Part shown: positions 1-39,810 of the stretch, in pieces
Layout of the letters: the number at the start of each line of letters is the position of its first letter
Numbering within the stretch: position 1 is the stretch's first letter
The notes under the pieces: generated by a model
Told to the model about the DNA's origin: nothing
The model's input: the letters and a program-made list of their open reading frames with translations, nothing else
The model's database searches: none
Made by a program: the position numbers and the translations under genes
Source of the DNA: Hormiphora californensis
Taxonomy: Eukaryota > Animalia > Ctenophora
Direction: 5' to 3'
Length of the DNA: 64,000 nt
Assembly: GCA_020137815.1 (NCBI GenBank)
Contig: CM035360.1
Span: 3,348,001-3,412,000, forward strand

Positions 1-19
1 ATTAGACTCTCCCCCTAAC

Positions 20-280
20 CCCTCTTCCTATATTAGACTCCCCTAACCCCCTCCCCCTACTACAGGACCGCTCTCCCCCTAACCCCCTCTCCCTCTATTA
101 GACTCTCCCCCTACCCCCTCTCCTCTACCACAGGACCGCTCTCCCCTAACCCCACCTCTACTGCTAGACTCCCCTAACCCCCTCCCCTCTACCACAGGAC
201 CGCTCTCCCCCTAACCCCCTCTCCCTCTATAAGACTCTCCCCCTAATACTCCCTCCCCTCTACCACAGGACCACTCTCCA
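20..280 (+). repeat. Imperfect tandem repeat duplicating the splice acceptor of the 269-471 exon
   Basis: About 4 copies of cctcta(c)(c/t)acag|gacc(g/a)ctctcc separated by cccctaacccc-rich spacers. Confidence 0.75.
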
Positions 281-471
281 AACAGCTCGATCACCAGCTC
301 ACCAAGGTACTGGATCTGCTAGACAAGGTACAGGGGTTCAACACTAACGTGGAATTCATCCAGAGTTTGGAGGTGAACAAGGACCTGGCACCCGTGTTGA
401 CACAGAGTGAGGTGTGGGGGCTGAGTGAGAGGGTAAAGACATTGCGGGAGCAACTTGAAGTTACGTGTTGA
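269..471 (+). CDS. Terminal coding exon of a gene starting upstream of the window (product unknown; weak resemblance to the end of a RasGEF/CDC25 domain)
   Basis: Acceptor ctaccacag|GA, open frame PLSKQLDHQLTKVLDLLDKVQGFNTNVEFIQSLEVNKDLAPVLTQSEVWGLSERVKTLREQLEVTC*. Family resemblance is only tentative. Confidence 0.55.
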
Positions 472-489
472 GGGAATTGAGGTGGAAAC

Positions 490-598
490 CAGGAACCGAC
501 CGAATCAGGAAATACTGGTCACTGATTGGCTGATAACCAATCACGTGACCTAAATAACGAGTTCTGATTGGTTGTTTACTTGTTTCGGTCGGTTCCTG
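490..598. mobile_element. ~107-bp hAT-type MITE (one of 8 copies in the window: also ~5641-5748, ~21128-21230 degraded, 47217-47325, 47824-47932, 52756-52864, 56821-56929, 57428-57539)
   Basis: TIR caggaaccgaccga...tcggtcggttcctg. 8-bp TSDs gtggaaac (490 copy), cctgtggt (47217 copy) and gaacctgc (52756 copy). Confidence 0.9.
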
Positions 599-939
599 GT
601 GGAAACTGTTTCTCGGAGCATTTCCTGAAGACTTGTCAAATGAGACTTTGGCTGGGTAATTGTGAGCTGTTGGGCATCTTTTGAAGGGTGAAGTTCTAAT
701 ATAATTAGCTTGTAAGGAGATAATTGTAATACGGTGCTAGTTAGGGAATCTGATCCAGTAAATTACTCAATTTTCATTGACAGCAATACAGCAGCGGAAC
801 AATTAATTGCAATAATCAGCTCGAATTAGTAATTAGGAACATGGATCCCAAAGCTAAAACATTACTACCTAAAGTTCTTATCCAGTAGTATATCCGGGTG
901 CTTTTTGTAAGTTGGCCCATTATAATTCAAATCCCTCTT

Positions 940-2203
940 TCAGCCCTTCTTTTTAAGAAAGTCTCTCAAAAGTTCGCTACACTGTCTCTCCAGGAGACCC
1001 AGTTCCTTTCCCTTTTCCCTGATGGTACATTTCCATGTCTCCCGATACTCCTCGTAGTTAGATGCCATCTCAGTTATGTCATCCTGCATCTTCCTCTGGT
1101 GTACCAGTAGTCTATCTACCTGGGGGTAGGTGGGGTTAGGGGTTGTACTAGCAGTCTATCTACCTGGGGGTAGGTGGGGTTAACTAGGGGGTTAGGGGTT
1201 GTACCAGCAGTCGATCTACCTGGGGGTAGGTGGGGTTAACTAGGGGGTTAGAGGTTGTGCTAGCAGTCGATCCATCTGAACGGGGTGGTGGGGTTAACTA
1301 GGCCGGGGGTTAGGGGTTGTACTAGCAGTCGATCTACCTGGGGGTAGGTGGGGTTAACTAGGGGGTTAGGGGTTGCACCAGCAATCGATCTACCTGGGTG
1401 TAGGTGGGGTTAACTAGGGGGTTAGGGGTTGTACTAGCAGTCTATCTACCTGGGGGTAGGTGGGGTTAACTAGGGGGTTAGGGGTTGTACCAGCAGTCGA
1501 TCCATCTGAACGGTTAGGGTGGTGGGTTAGGGGTTGTAGAGCTGTAGTCTGTAGAACTGCCTTTGGTCAAAGGGCCAGACAGGAACAGAAGTGGGGATGG
1601 GGTAAATGGTATATTGTATCAGCAAGGCGGGTAAAAGGCCGGAGTTAGGAGTTAGGTTAGAATTGAGATCGTGACAAACCTGCGACTTCCCTGACCCAAT
1701 AATTACCTGATGATGAAGTGTCTTCATTCTACCAGCTGTGACTGCCACTCTGCTATCTGGCACTGTCCCCTCACTAAATATTTCCCCAATATATCTGAAA
1801 GGGTGTATGGGTATAACACATGGTGCATGGGTATAACACATGTCACATACAGTCGGACCCCGATATATACCGGGCAAAATCCGTACAAAAATAATACATT
1901 TTGGGCATTAAACTCAGAAGAAATCAATTTGATAACTTTCTTGGAAATCGCGTGAGACTGTACAGCTGCAGCTATAGGGTATATGCAATACTAAAATGTA
2001 ATTGAGCTACTCATTGTGAGCAATAAGGAAATGCGTGATGACTCACGCGTGATTACTCACGCGTGATTCTGCCGGTATCGATTGTAACACCTCACATGTT
2101 CCTCTCCTGCTCCTGCCCCTCCTCCTCCTCCGCTCTCTGCAGTAGTCCCCTTTGTATTGTTGTGGGGCTCTGATGAGGCCTTTTGTTTCTTTGTAGTTGG
2201 CAT
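940..2203 (-). CDS. SMARCE1: SMARCE1/BAF57-like protein (NHRLI domain + coiled coil, no HMG box seen), ~136 aa, exons 2203-2061, 1794-1707, 1119-940
   Basis: Spliced RYRQNHAYIGEIFSEGTVPDSRVAVTAGRMKTLHHQVDRLLVHQRKMQDDI aligns with SMARCE1 [51 protein letters not shown]. GT-AG sites are phase-compatible. Confidence 0.8.
1100..1540 (-). repeat. ~59-bp tandem repeat duplicating the acceptor of SMARCE1-like exon 3
   Basis: Repeated ccccacctacccccag|gtagat(a/c)gactgct on the minus strand. Confidence 0.85.
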
Positions 2204-2484
2204 GATATTATATCTCCTGATGTAGCTGATAATAACGCGTGGGTGAGCCAATCAATACGTGACACAAAGCAACAATAAGTTAAATCAAAACTATCAACGC
2301 TATTGTACAGTAAAACAGTATGTACTGTAAAACAATACTGCCAGCAAAGCCCTCAAGCTAAAATGTGGTAATAGGTGGAGAGAACTATTTTCTGAAATGG
2401 GAAGAAGGGAGAGACGAAACTAAAGGGGTGATGTGGGGGATAGAGAAAGTAGCGAGTGGGGAGAGAAAGTTGTGAGGCGGAGGG

Positions 2485-2546
<62 letters not shown>

Positions 2547-4232
2547 TTGAAGAGGCATCTGGGGAACATATATACATGTAAGGTGCACTGAAAGGTGCTC
2601 AAGTCCAAATATGGGTGCCCTTTTAGCGTGTAAGCTGCTAGCGGGAGAAGGGGAGAGAGATAGATAGGAATAGAGAGAAAGTGAGCGAGAGAGAAATATT
2701 ATACAGAGACTGAGAGGCGAGAGCAAGGGAGAGAGAGAAAATATGGTTTAAAAGAGCGACTCAAATTGTATGATATTGACAGAGGGGAACAGATTATATA
2801 CCAGTATTCAGTAATTTAGACGTTAATAGAATGTCCTCAACTAGAAAAGTGTTCCTAAAGGCGGAGCCTGTGCCCTGGCGTCACCGGACCCCGTTTTGAT
2901 TCTCAACAGTATGCTCAGATCGGGTCAATCCCGGTCGTTGAATGTTGATGAGGTGTTCAGGGGTTGCCACTAATTCAAGGGTAGTACAGGGTAGTAAGGG
3001 CTAATTTCCGGGTTATAACGTATTTCAACATGAGATAATATTACAAAAATCGCCAAACTTTTGCGATATTTTTCGCCAAATTTTAGCGAATTGGGCCCCA
3101 AAAAGTGTACTCAACTAGAAGACCTATCGATTGATACCTGATCTTCTCTGACCTCTCAGTCCTTATTCCCTTCTCTCAGGACTCAGTTCCCCGTCTCTCT
3201 TATGAGAAGTTCCCCGTCTATCCCTCTCAGTCTCAAACCATGATAGTTGCACCAACTAATTATTCCTATTTCGTATTTTTGGTGGCCCGCCAAGACGTTA
3301 CCACTTGAAGTTTTCCGACTTGTCAAGCACCGTATCTACACGCATCATTTGTTACCCCTCTAGCTCAAGTGATACTAATATTAACATAAGAATACAGTGA
3401 CTGCGTGTTTCGAGGGGAATTGTTTATGAATATTTTGACGAGAAGTGTCAATATTTTAAAAATGAATTCTGTTATGATATTTTCCTGAATTATGAGTTTG
3501 CTAAAATATGTGTTTTATATCAATATCAATATGGACAACAGATAGATTTACAGAATATTTTGTCGGCTCCTAAACGTCCTGGGTGCTGTTCGATCCAGAA
3601 GCGTGCAGGCCACTGCAGCCACGACCGGTTTACGGTGAAGCGGAGGGCTGCCAGCCGAAAGCGGGAGAATTTGCTGAAAAGTGCGCGCGTATCGGCTGGA
3701 GGCCCGCGCGACCAAGGTTAGTGGCGTGGTACGGCCGCATACATACATGTGTCTCAAATAGTGTGACAGTGGCAAATATTCAAGAAGGGAGGAACTGCAG
3801 GAATGATGTTTACAAGTTTCAGTTTTTACAATTTACTTCTCTCACCGAACTTGCTTATTATAGTTAGAACCAACTCAGGTAGAAACCATAAACAGGCTAA
3901 TATGTGCCATATCATATGGGGTATCTCAATATCGTGCTCTCCTTTGGAGCTGTCTGGCGCCGCGACCCATCTGAGCGCACTTGAGGATCAAATGGGGTAT
4001 GGCGCCGCCATACAGCTTTGGAGCAAATCATTGAAAACTTGGTGTTTTTTGGGTTTAAATAAGTGTATCTAATTACAAAACATGGTACAAAGATAAATAA
4101 AATTGTTTGTTAAACAATGTCAAAAACTCCAAAATCCCTTTTTCGGAAAATCCCGTCCACACTTGAAGACAGTGCCGTTTAAACTGTTACAAGAAGAAAT
4201 AATTTGCATATATCAAAAGTCTTTAATTCTCT

Positions 4233-32497
<28,265 letters not shown>

Positions 32498-33193
32498 GGC
32501 TATAAATGATATGTTGTTTTACAGGCTGGTTAGAGGGGTAGGTATTAGTCAGTGGCCCGATTTAAAGGTAGCTGATGGGATTTTGATAATTCTGTGGCAG
32601 GTGTATGATGAATGAACGGCCTTTAATGAAATGATCAGGAAAATGTACTCAAGGCATGGCGATCCCCAGCTTTATTATAAACCACTAACGATCAGAACAC
32701 CCACCGGTGGAAAATGATTAGATTTAGCTGCTGTCCGCAGCCCTCCGCTAACTGGCTCTATAATTGTACAGGGAAATTTATTTCTATGTGTGTCTATATA
32801 TTTTACGCGTGTTTGTGTCCCTGTATTGTAGACCTTTTAGTTTGAAAATCGAGAAGATGACGCATATTAGAGACATTATTATATTATATTGTCGAAGTTT
32901 TACCTAGATATGCCAAACGGTATACGTATTACGTATTTTGACAAAAACCGGTATCTTGAATGCTATTATACACTCTTCTTATAATTGATTTACCGGTTTA
33001 TTGATCGATGCTCGGCTGTATTTCTAAACCCAATTTCCTTTGAATCAATTACACAGCTTTATCAATATGACAATAAACACACCCAGAGAGGGATTGTGAG
33101 TAATGAGGGGACTTGAGGTTAAATGCGTAGGACGGCGACTGTTCACTTTGATCACCTGTGTAGACCCTCATTCTCGATATACCCCTCGTCACC

Positions 33194-34679
33194 ATGTATC
33201 TCTTAGTAGGGCTTGTGGTCATTTTCCTATTCTACCACGTGATTGACAACACCCAGAAGTGGTTGTACGCCCGGAAGTACAGGCACATCCCCGGTCCTCC
33301 CCCCGTGTCATTCCTCTCGGGACACGGACCTATCCTTGCTAAAGCTAAACGAGATAACTCATTTCTCGAGCAGTTCATAACCTGGGTTGAGGAGTATGGA
33401 GAGACCTTTAAATTCTGCATCAAAACTCGGCCCGTAATCTTCACGGTGGACCCAGATGCTCTCAAGCAGATCTTTAGTGACGTTGAAAACTGGACTAAGG
33501 TGGACCACCTTCCCAATCGAGCTCTGTTCGGCCAGCGGATCACTGGCCTGTACAGCATCCTAACTGGCGGTGGCCAGGAGTGGGCCATTAAACGAAGGAT
33601 CATGACCACCTTCTTCCAGAAACAGAATATGACCGAACTGACACCTCACTTCATACCTCTTATGGACCGGCTACTGGAGACGAAGGTGAAACCGATGGTG
33701 AAGGGCGGAAACGTTGTTGATCTCCACGAGTTGTCTACCATTATTTTCTCCGCCCTGCCCGGTGTGGTGGGGTTGGATTGCCCGATGGGCGTGGATGAAC
33801 CAGAAGAGATTGGGAAACGGGTGAACATCCTCCTTGACATCATCCCAGCCCAACTTGCCAACCCGATGAAGACCTTCGGAGAAATGGCATCAACCAAGAA
33901 GAGGAATACCATCCAGATGGTGATTGAGATGCGGATGATGGGACGGAACATGGTCCACGAAAAGAGAAAAGAGATGGAGGGATGGGAGGGACAGAATCCG
34001 AGTGATGATCTCCTGGCGTGGCTGATAACGGCTAATGATGCAGCGGGGCTGAATGATGAGGAAGTTGTGGATGACATACTTACGGTGTACCTGGTAATGG
34101 ACAACATGTCCAAACAGATCGGGTCTCTCTTTATCTATCTCGTCAACCACCCGGAGATCTACCAGAAGATGGAGACAGAGCTGAGGAATACGCCCATAAC
34201 AGGTCAGCGGTCCCTCGCCAAACTGACCTACACAGAAATGGTGATCCTGGAATCACTCCGGATGACCCCCGTGCTACTTCGTGGTACTCGGTGGATGAAG
34301 AACGATGCTACGGTGGACGGTTATCATATCCCCGGTGATGTCCAATTTCAGTACAGTCAGTATGTCCTCCACAGGAACAAGAAATTCTGGCCGAAACCGC
34401 GGGAGTTTCGACCCGGAAAGATTTGCTAATGGAATCCCAGGTGTCGATGATATGACGTTCTTCCCCTTCTTGGCAGGACCCAGGGCATGTCTGGGTAAGC
34501 ACGTGGCCATGGTCAGCATGAAGTTGATGTTGTCCATGATGGCACGGAATTTCGACCTCACCCCGCAACCCACTGGCACAGTGCCAGTTGTTAATCAGGC
34601 AATGGCCGTTACTCGGCTGAAGGGTGGGCCATTCTATTACGTACAGCCGAGGTCTTACGAACAAGTAAATGAGGAATGA
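33194..34679 (+). CDS. Intronless cytochrome P450, CYP46-like (clan 46), with one apparent frameshift at ~34395-34410
   Basis: N-terminal membrane anchor, HIPGPPPVSFLSGH and LFGQRITG (CYP46-like), WAIKRR, and ExxR as ESLR. FDPERF and the heme motif FLAGPRACLG lie in the shifted frame. Confidence 0.9.
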
Positions 34680-36006
34680 ACATTGAAGATGAGAAAATGA
34701 TAATATTATGTACTATGAACGTTTGTAGCTTGGCCCGTTAAATGGATCATTATGTTTTACTATTAAATTTGAACTAAACTTGCATTAAATCTATTTGAGT
34801 GTGATTGGTATACATACTCAACTAATGGAAAATGATAGATACTAAACGCTCAAACAGACGAATGGACAGCATATGACCGAACGCTTGCATGGATTTGGAT
34901 CAGCGTCATATAATGTTACACAATGTTAGCGAAAGCTAAATTCACCGTGTGTATATTTGTAACATGTAGAGTCAAGCTGTCTCTTTATCCTCTATCCTAG
35001 CAATATTATCCAAATTGCTTGAGCACATGTCCACTCAACTCATTTTCCTATTAGCTAGGCCAACATAATATCTTTCTTCCCTCTTATGTCTTTTTGGGGG
35101 TTAAGATGTTTCGAAAGATGCCCGAAGATTCCTTTGTGCAACTGAGAACTGAGGTCTTTCTGCACGATCTCAGTAACACTTTACAGATCTAGTAGATTTT
35201 AGTTAATTAGTTCCACGCCCTGCAGCTCTATAATTTATTTACCTCTCTCTCTCTCTTTGACCCTATATCAACACTCGTCTTTGGTCGTCTGTTGGTCATT
35301 GGAAATACTCAAGTAAAGGTGATACTATTGAGGGTACGTCAGCGGTCAGAGAGGGAGATATATAGATAGAGGGGATTGAGAGAGAGGGGATTGAGAGAGA
35401 GGAGGGATTGAGAGAGGGCAGAAAGTGGATCTGAATAATTAATTATGTAAAAGGCTAAAGACAATAAAAACAGAGCAATTGGTATTGGTCATGTGGGAAA
35501 GGTATCATATATCAATATGAGGGCTGAGGCTCTCTCGCGAGTCTGTACTCTGTTATACCACCTGGTCCCAATTTACCATCGCAACATGAAAAAATATATT
35601 TTCGCATAATATCTCAAACGATCATCCATTCCTTTACTCAGTAATTATTGGCAAACATTTCCCCGCTTTACAGTGCTGCTTGCAGTCAAAATACGGTAAC
35701 GCAAAATACAGTAAGGAGACGCGCACGGTGCATAACGCACGGCAAAAAGTTCATGTGTCAGCACGTACTAGCGCCCTGATTGGTCACGGTTGCGCGTCGT
35801 CTTACTGTATCTTCGTTTTCCATTACCGTTTTCCCACTACAAGCGACCGTGTTACTCACTAATTGCGGGGACATGTTTGCCAATAAGTAAACTTGCACTG
35901 TTACAACCTTATCTTGCTCTCGTTAAGCTCGCATATTTTAAGAAAGTGGGTATCGATCGATTTTTTTTAGGATTGAAACCCCCAATAATTTAAATTATCA
36001 TCAGGC

Positions 36007-36753
36007 ATGACATTGGATACCCACACCATTAGCATTTATCTGTGTTTCATCATTGGACTTTTCGGTATTCTAGTGAATCTAATTTCAATGTACAAGAGAC
36101 GCAAGGACACTGCCCTACCATGCCGATTATATCTCGTTCTCAACATGATAGACCTCCTCATCTGCATCTCTGCTACTTCTTTGTTGGTGTGCTACCAAGG
36201 TACAGGACTTGCTCCCTACGAGCATTATCTTACTGTGTTTATGGTGTCAAACGCCAATAAGGCATCTGCAATTTGGACAGCTGTAATTGTAATAACTCGC
36301 CTGATATCCATTCTCAACCCCTTTTATCCTATAAACCAACCTCTACTGTGGAGCATTGCAGTCCCTATCGTGGTTTTACCTCCCTTCATCATGTGGGCAA
36401 TAGTACTGAAAACAGATGGCGTTACCAAGATGACAGCCATCGCTATTTCAGCCTACTCAAACGTACTGATTATCATCATTGTAACCATAGCAACTATTTT
36501 GACATGTACGGAATTAGTTCGACACCCTACCAACAAGGAGTCAGAACGAAGGAAGCGCCGGGCAGCTGGAACAGTGCTAATTATATCAGCGCTGTACTTG
36601 ATTGCGAATATTCCAGGGGTGGTTGAGGTAACGTATTTCGTGAGAGGGTCCTCTCCTCGGCAACACACAACACGGCATGTTTGGTGTGTTTTGGTAGCAC
36701 TCAATTCACTGTTGAACCCCATTGTGTTGGTATGCAGAACGAGACACTGTTGA
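36007..36753 (+). CDS. Small intronless rhodopsin-like GPCR (248 aa)
   Basis: Seven hydrophobic segments: GILVN (TM1), LNMIDLL (TM2), TRLISILNPF (DRY-equivalent), RRAAGTVLIISALYLIANIP (TM6) and NSLLNPIV (TM7). Confidence 0.85.
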   Translation: MTLDTHTISIYLCFIIGLFGILVNLISMYKRRKDTALPCRLYLVLNMIDLLICISATSLLVCYQGTGLAPYEHYLTVFMVSNANKASAIWTAVIVITRLISILNPFYPINQPLLWSIAVPIVVLPPFIMWAIVLKTDGVTKMTAIAISAYSNVLIIIIVTIATILTCTELVRHPTNKESERRKRRAAGTVLIISALYLIANIPGVVEVTYFVRGSSPRQHTTRHVWCVLVALNSLLNPIVLVCRTRHC

Positions 36754-37200
36754 ACCCTATTGTGTTGGTATGCAGAACGAGACACTGTTGAACCCTATTG
36801 TGTTGGTATACAGAACGAGACACTGTTGAACCCTATTGTGTTGGTATGCAGAACGAGACACTGTTGAACCCTATTGTGTTGGTATGTAGAACGAGACACT
36901 GTTGAACCCTATTGTGTTGGTATGCAGAACGAGACACTGTTGAACCCTATTGTGTTGGTATGTAGAACGAGACACTGTTGAACCCTATTGTGTTGGTATG
37001 TAGAACGAGACACTGTTGAACCCTATTGTGTTGGTATGTAGAACGAGACACTGTTGAACCCTATTGCGTTGGTATGCAGAACGAGACACTGTTGAACCCT
37101 ATTGTGTTGGTATGCAGAACGAGACACTGTTGAACCCTATTGTGTTGGTATGCAGAACGAGACACTGTTGAACCCCATTGTGTTGGTATGCAGAACGAGA
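36707..37200 (+). repeat. 38-bp minisatellite (~13 copies) overlapping the GPCR 3' end
   Basis: Unit ctgttgaaccctattgtgttggtatg(c/t)agaacgagaca. Confidence 0.95.
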
Positions 37201-37662
37201 TGCATCCCACTACCAGGCTGATCAGGACAAACAACACTGTTAGTTTTATTGTGCATTCTCGGAGACTGCTAAAGCATTGTGATTTGAGAAATGAGAAATA
37301 CAGTGCGTTTGGTATAACCAGGCGCCGGGAATCGCCCTTTAGAGCTGGTGAGCTAAGTGGGTGCCTCTAGGGGGTAGTACATAAGAAAAGAAACTATAGC
37401 CGATAGTATTGTGGCTGTAAAAGTTGTTCAAATCGGATTTTAATTCCAGAAACCATTGCGGTTATACACGTGTCATAGTAACTGCAGTGGAAGCACTGAA
37501 GTTTACAAACTCTCTCATTCATATTTCAGGGATCTCTCTATGTTTCTCTCTCGATTCTCCACACCCCATCACGTGACGGAATGAAGCATGACTCATGTGG
37601 ACTGTCTCGTCATAGTCATCATCACTAAAACTCAACCCTCGTATAGTTACACAACTTGTTCA

Positions 37663-39785
37663 TCACATGAGTCCCTCCATCTCGGACATGAATGCTTGGT
37701 AAGCGTCCACCTTCTCCTCTCGGATCTGCGAGGAAGAGGACGAGGAGGAGGCAGATTGTTGTTGTTGTTGCTGTTGTTGCTGGGCAGGGGGTTTGTGTAC
37801 CGCTGCCGAGGAGGGTTGTTTCTTGACCGTCTCTGGCATTCGTTTTCGCATTTTCACCGAAACCGGCACGAATTTGGTAACCTGAGGAGACGTGATGAGG
37901 TGAAATCTTTAGACAACATAAAATAACAGAAAATACTTCTGGATCAGAAAGGTCAGAGTATTATTAATCAACTAAGTTAACTCAAAACTTGTAACTGACC
38001 CGATCTTGGCGGTTTTGTGGGGCAGCAGTGGGGGCGGCCATGACCACTTTAGCGCTAGTTGGCACTGTTGTAGCCTTCTTAGTGATGGTAGCCGAGGCAT
38101 ACATATCTGGTTGTTGTTGCTGTTGTGGGGCCCCTGCTGCAAGGTATGGGTTGCCTGAAACTCCTGCAACAATTTAGTCAGTGAATATTTCAAATCAAAT
38201 CAGTCTTGATTACATATAATTGTCTACAAGAAATCCTCAGTACCCTTGATATACCGAACTGATACCATTTTCATATTCTTAATGTACCCCCGCTAAATTT
38301 TAGTCGTTAGTATGTAGTGCTAAATCTCTCTCTCCCCCCCCCCCCCCCCCCCCCGAGCAGTCCCATAAATCGTGGTGAAATACCTTGCTGGTGGAACATA
38401 GGGCGGAGTTGGTGTCGCACATTCTCTGCTGGGTTGTACAGCAAGACACCCCGGGGAACCTGTAACAGAGGGGGGCATTGGGACTCCAGAGAATGTTGTC
38501 TGGATGCTGGGGGGCAGGTTACCTCCTCCCCCTCGGGCAGTCGCTGGACCAGGACCACCATCATCTTGGTCGTTCTTCTGGGGGGGGGATATTATTTAGA
38601 CTTTATTTCTCGTACTCACGGAAGCTGCTTTGCAACACCGAGAAATGTGTCAATAGAAAGGAAGTTGAATTAGGGGAGGCTACCCTACAGACGCATCACT
38701 TACAAAACATACAAGAAAGGAAGTCAGAGTGCTGAACTTACGACAGGAAGTGAATCGTAGCTTTCCATCCTTCTACCGGTACTGTAGTGTTTAATAGTGC
38801 TACTACTGATGGCACATCGGGGCGGCTTACCTGGGATAGATCTGTTGTTTTAAAAGATTTTAAGAAAACCGCTTTGTTGATTGCATGGTTAGGGAGAGAT
38901 ATATCCCTTTTAGCTAATATTTCCCTTACCAATAAATGGGTTATGTCACTTGGAAGACCTTTCAACCAATACTAACTTGATGGTGGGGCGGGTGGTGTGA
39001 TACTAACTTGATGGTGGGGCGGGTGGGGTGATACTAACTTGATGGTGGGGCGGGTGGGGTGATACTAACTTGATGGTGGGGCGGGTGGGTGTGATACTAA
39101 CTTGATGGTGGGGCGGGTGGGGTGATACTAACTTGATGGTGGGGCGGGTGGGGTAATACTGGCTGGCAGGGTTATCAAACTGGCTACACTCTCATGGCAA
39201 CCACTGGATCTGATGGTAGTTTTCTCCGTCAGTAGACCACCACTCGGTGACATATCGGGAAGGGGAATAGACTGGAGGTCAATGGTCGAATCCTGGAGTT
39301 CAAGCTCTTTCCGGTGGTGGAAAAATGCTAGGTACTTCTTTCGTCTCTGCTCATAGTCCTGCATTGCCCGCTGGATTTTGGCGACTTGGTCCTTGTCTTT
39401 ATCCTTCTCATAGCACGTTTCAATACGTTTTATAGTCTCCCTGACTTTCAACTTTTTCTCCCTCAGAGATTTTGAAGTTGGTAATCCTTCATCGATGGTT
39501 TCTAGTTCCATTTGTTCGATCTGTTCCAGTTCCTCAATCTGAAAAAGAAAGATTTGTTAATTGTTGGGGGCAGTAGTAGTGAGTGGATCAAGTATCAATG
39601 TATTTAGGTACCTATCAACTTACTAATTGGGTGAAGTTCTTCCCTTTCAACACTGCTTGTCTAACATGTTGACGTTGCTTTTTGTTCTTCTTTAATTCTT
39701 TTTTCCTTGCTTCTTTTCTGGCTTGGTCAGTGGGGTTCATAAACCGCCCACTTTTGGTTGTTGTTGTAGGGCGTTTCGTTCCCAT
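37663..39785 (-). CDS. WBP11: WW domain-binding protein 11 (splicing factor), about 5 exons (39785-39624, 39538-~39133, ~38578-38383, ~38164-38000, 37881-37663)
   Basis: N-terminus TKSGRFMNPTDQARKEARKKELKKNKKQR, internal IPLP, and C-terminal TKFVPVSVKMR and DAYQAFMSEMEGLM*. Middle exon boundaries are approximate. Confidence 0.92.
38969..39160 (-). repeat. 31-bp tandem repeat (~6 copies) duplicating the WBP11 exon 2 donor
   Basis: Minus-strand unit accccacccgccccaccatcaa|gttagtatc. Confidence 0.9.
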
Positions 39786-39810
39786 GACTACAAAATATTA
39801 ACATGTTTTA

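Noticed and set aside
1-1540. ccctaa/ttaggg motifs suggesting telomeric repeats
   Set aside because: They are isolated hexamers inside longer splice-junction minisatellite units, not (TTAGGG)n arrays.
2860-4190. GC-richer segment with short ORFs (3548-3867) between SMARCE1-like and GCP3
   Set aside because: No recognisable domain, no HMG box and no clear TIR/TSD pair. Probably a repeat remnant, but I cannot support a call.
36707-37200. Regular 38-bp repeats (also the 33-, 31- and 45-bp arrays) resembling a CRISPR array
   Set aside because: Head-to-tail units without unique spacers, no cas genes, and a eukaryotic context.
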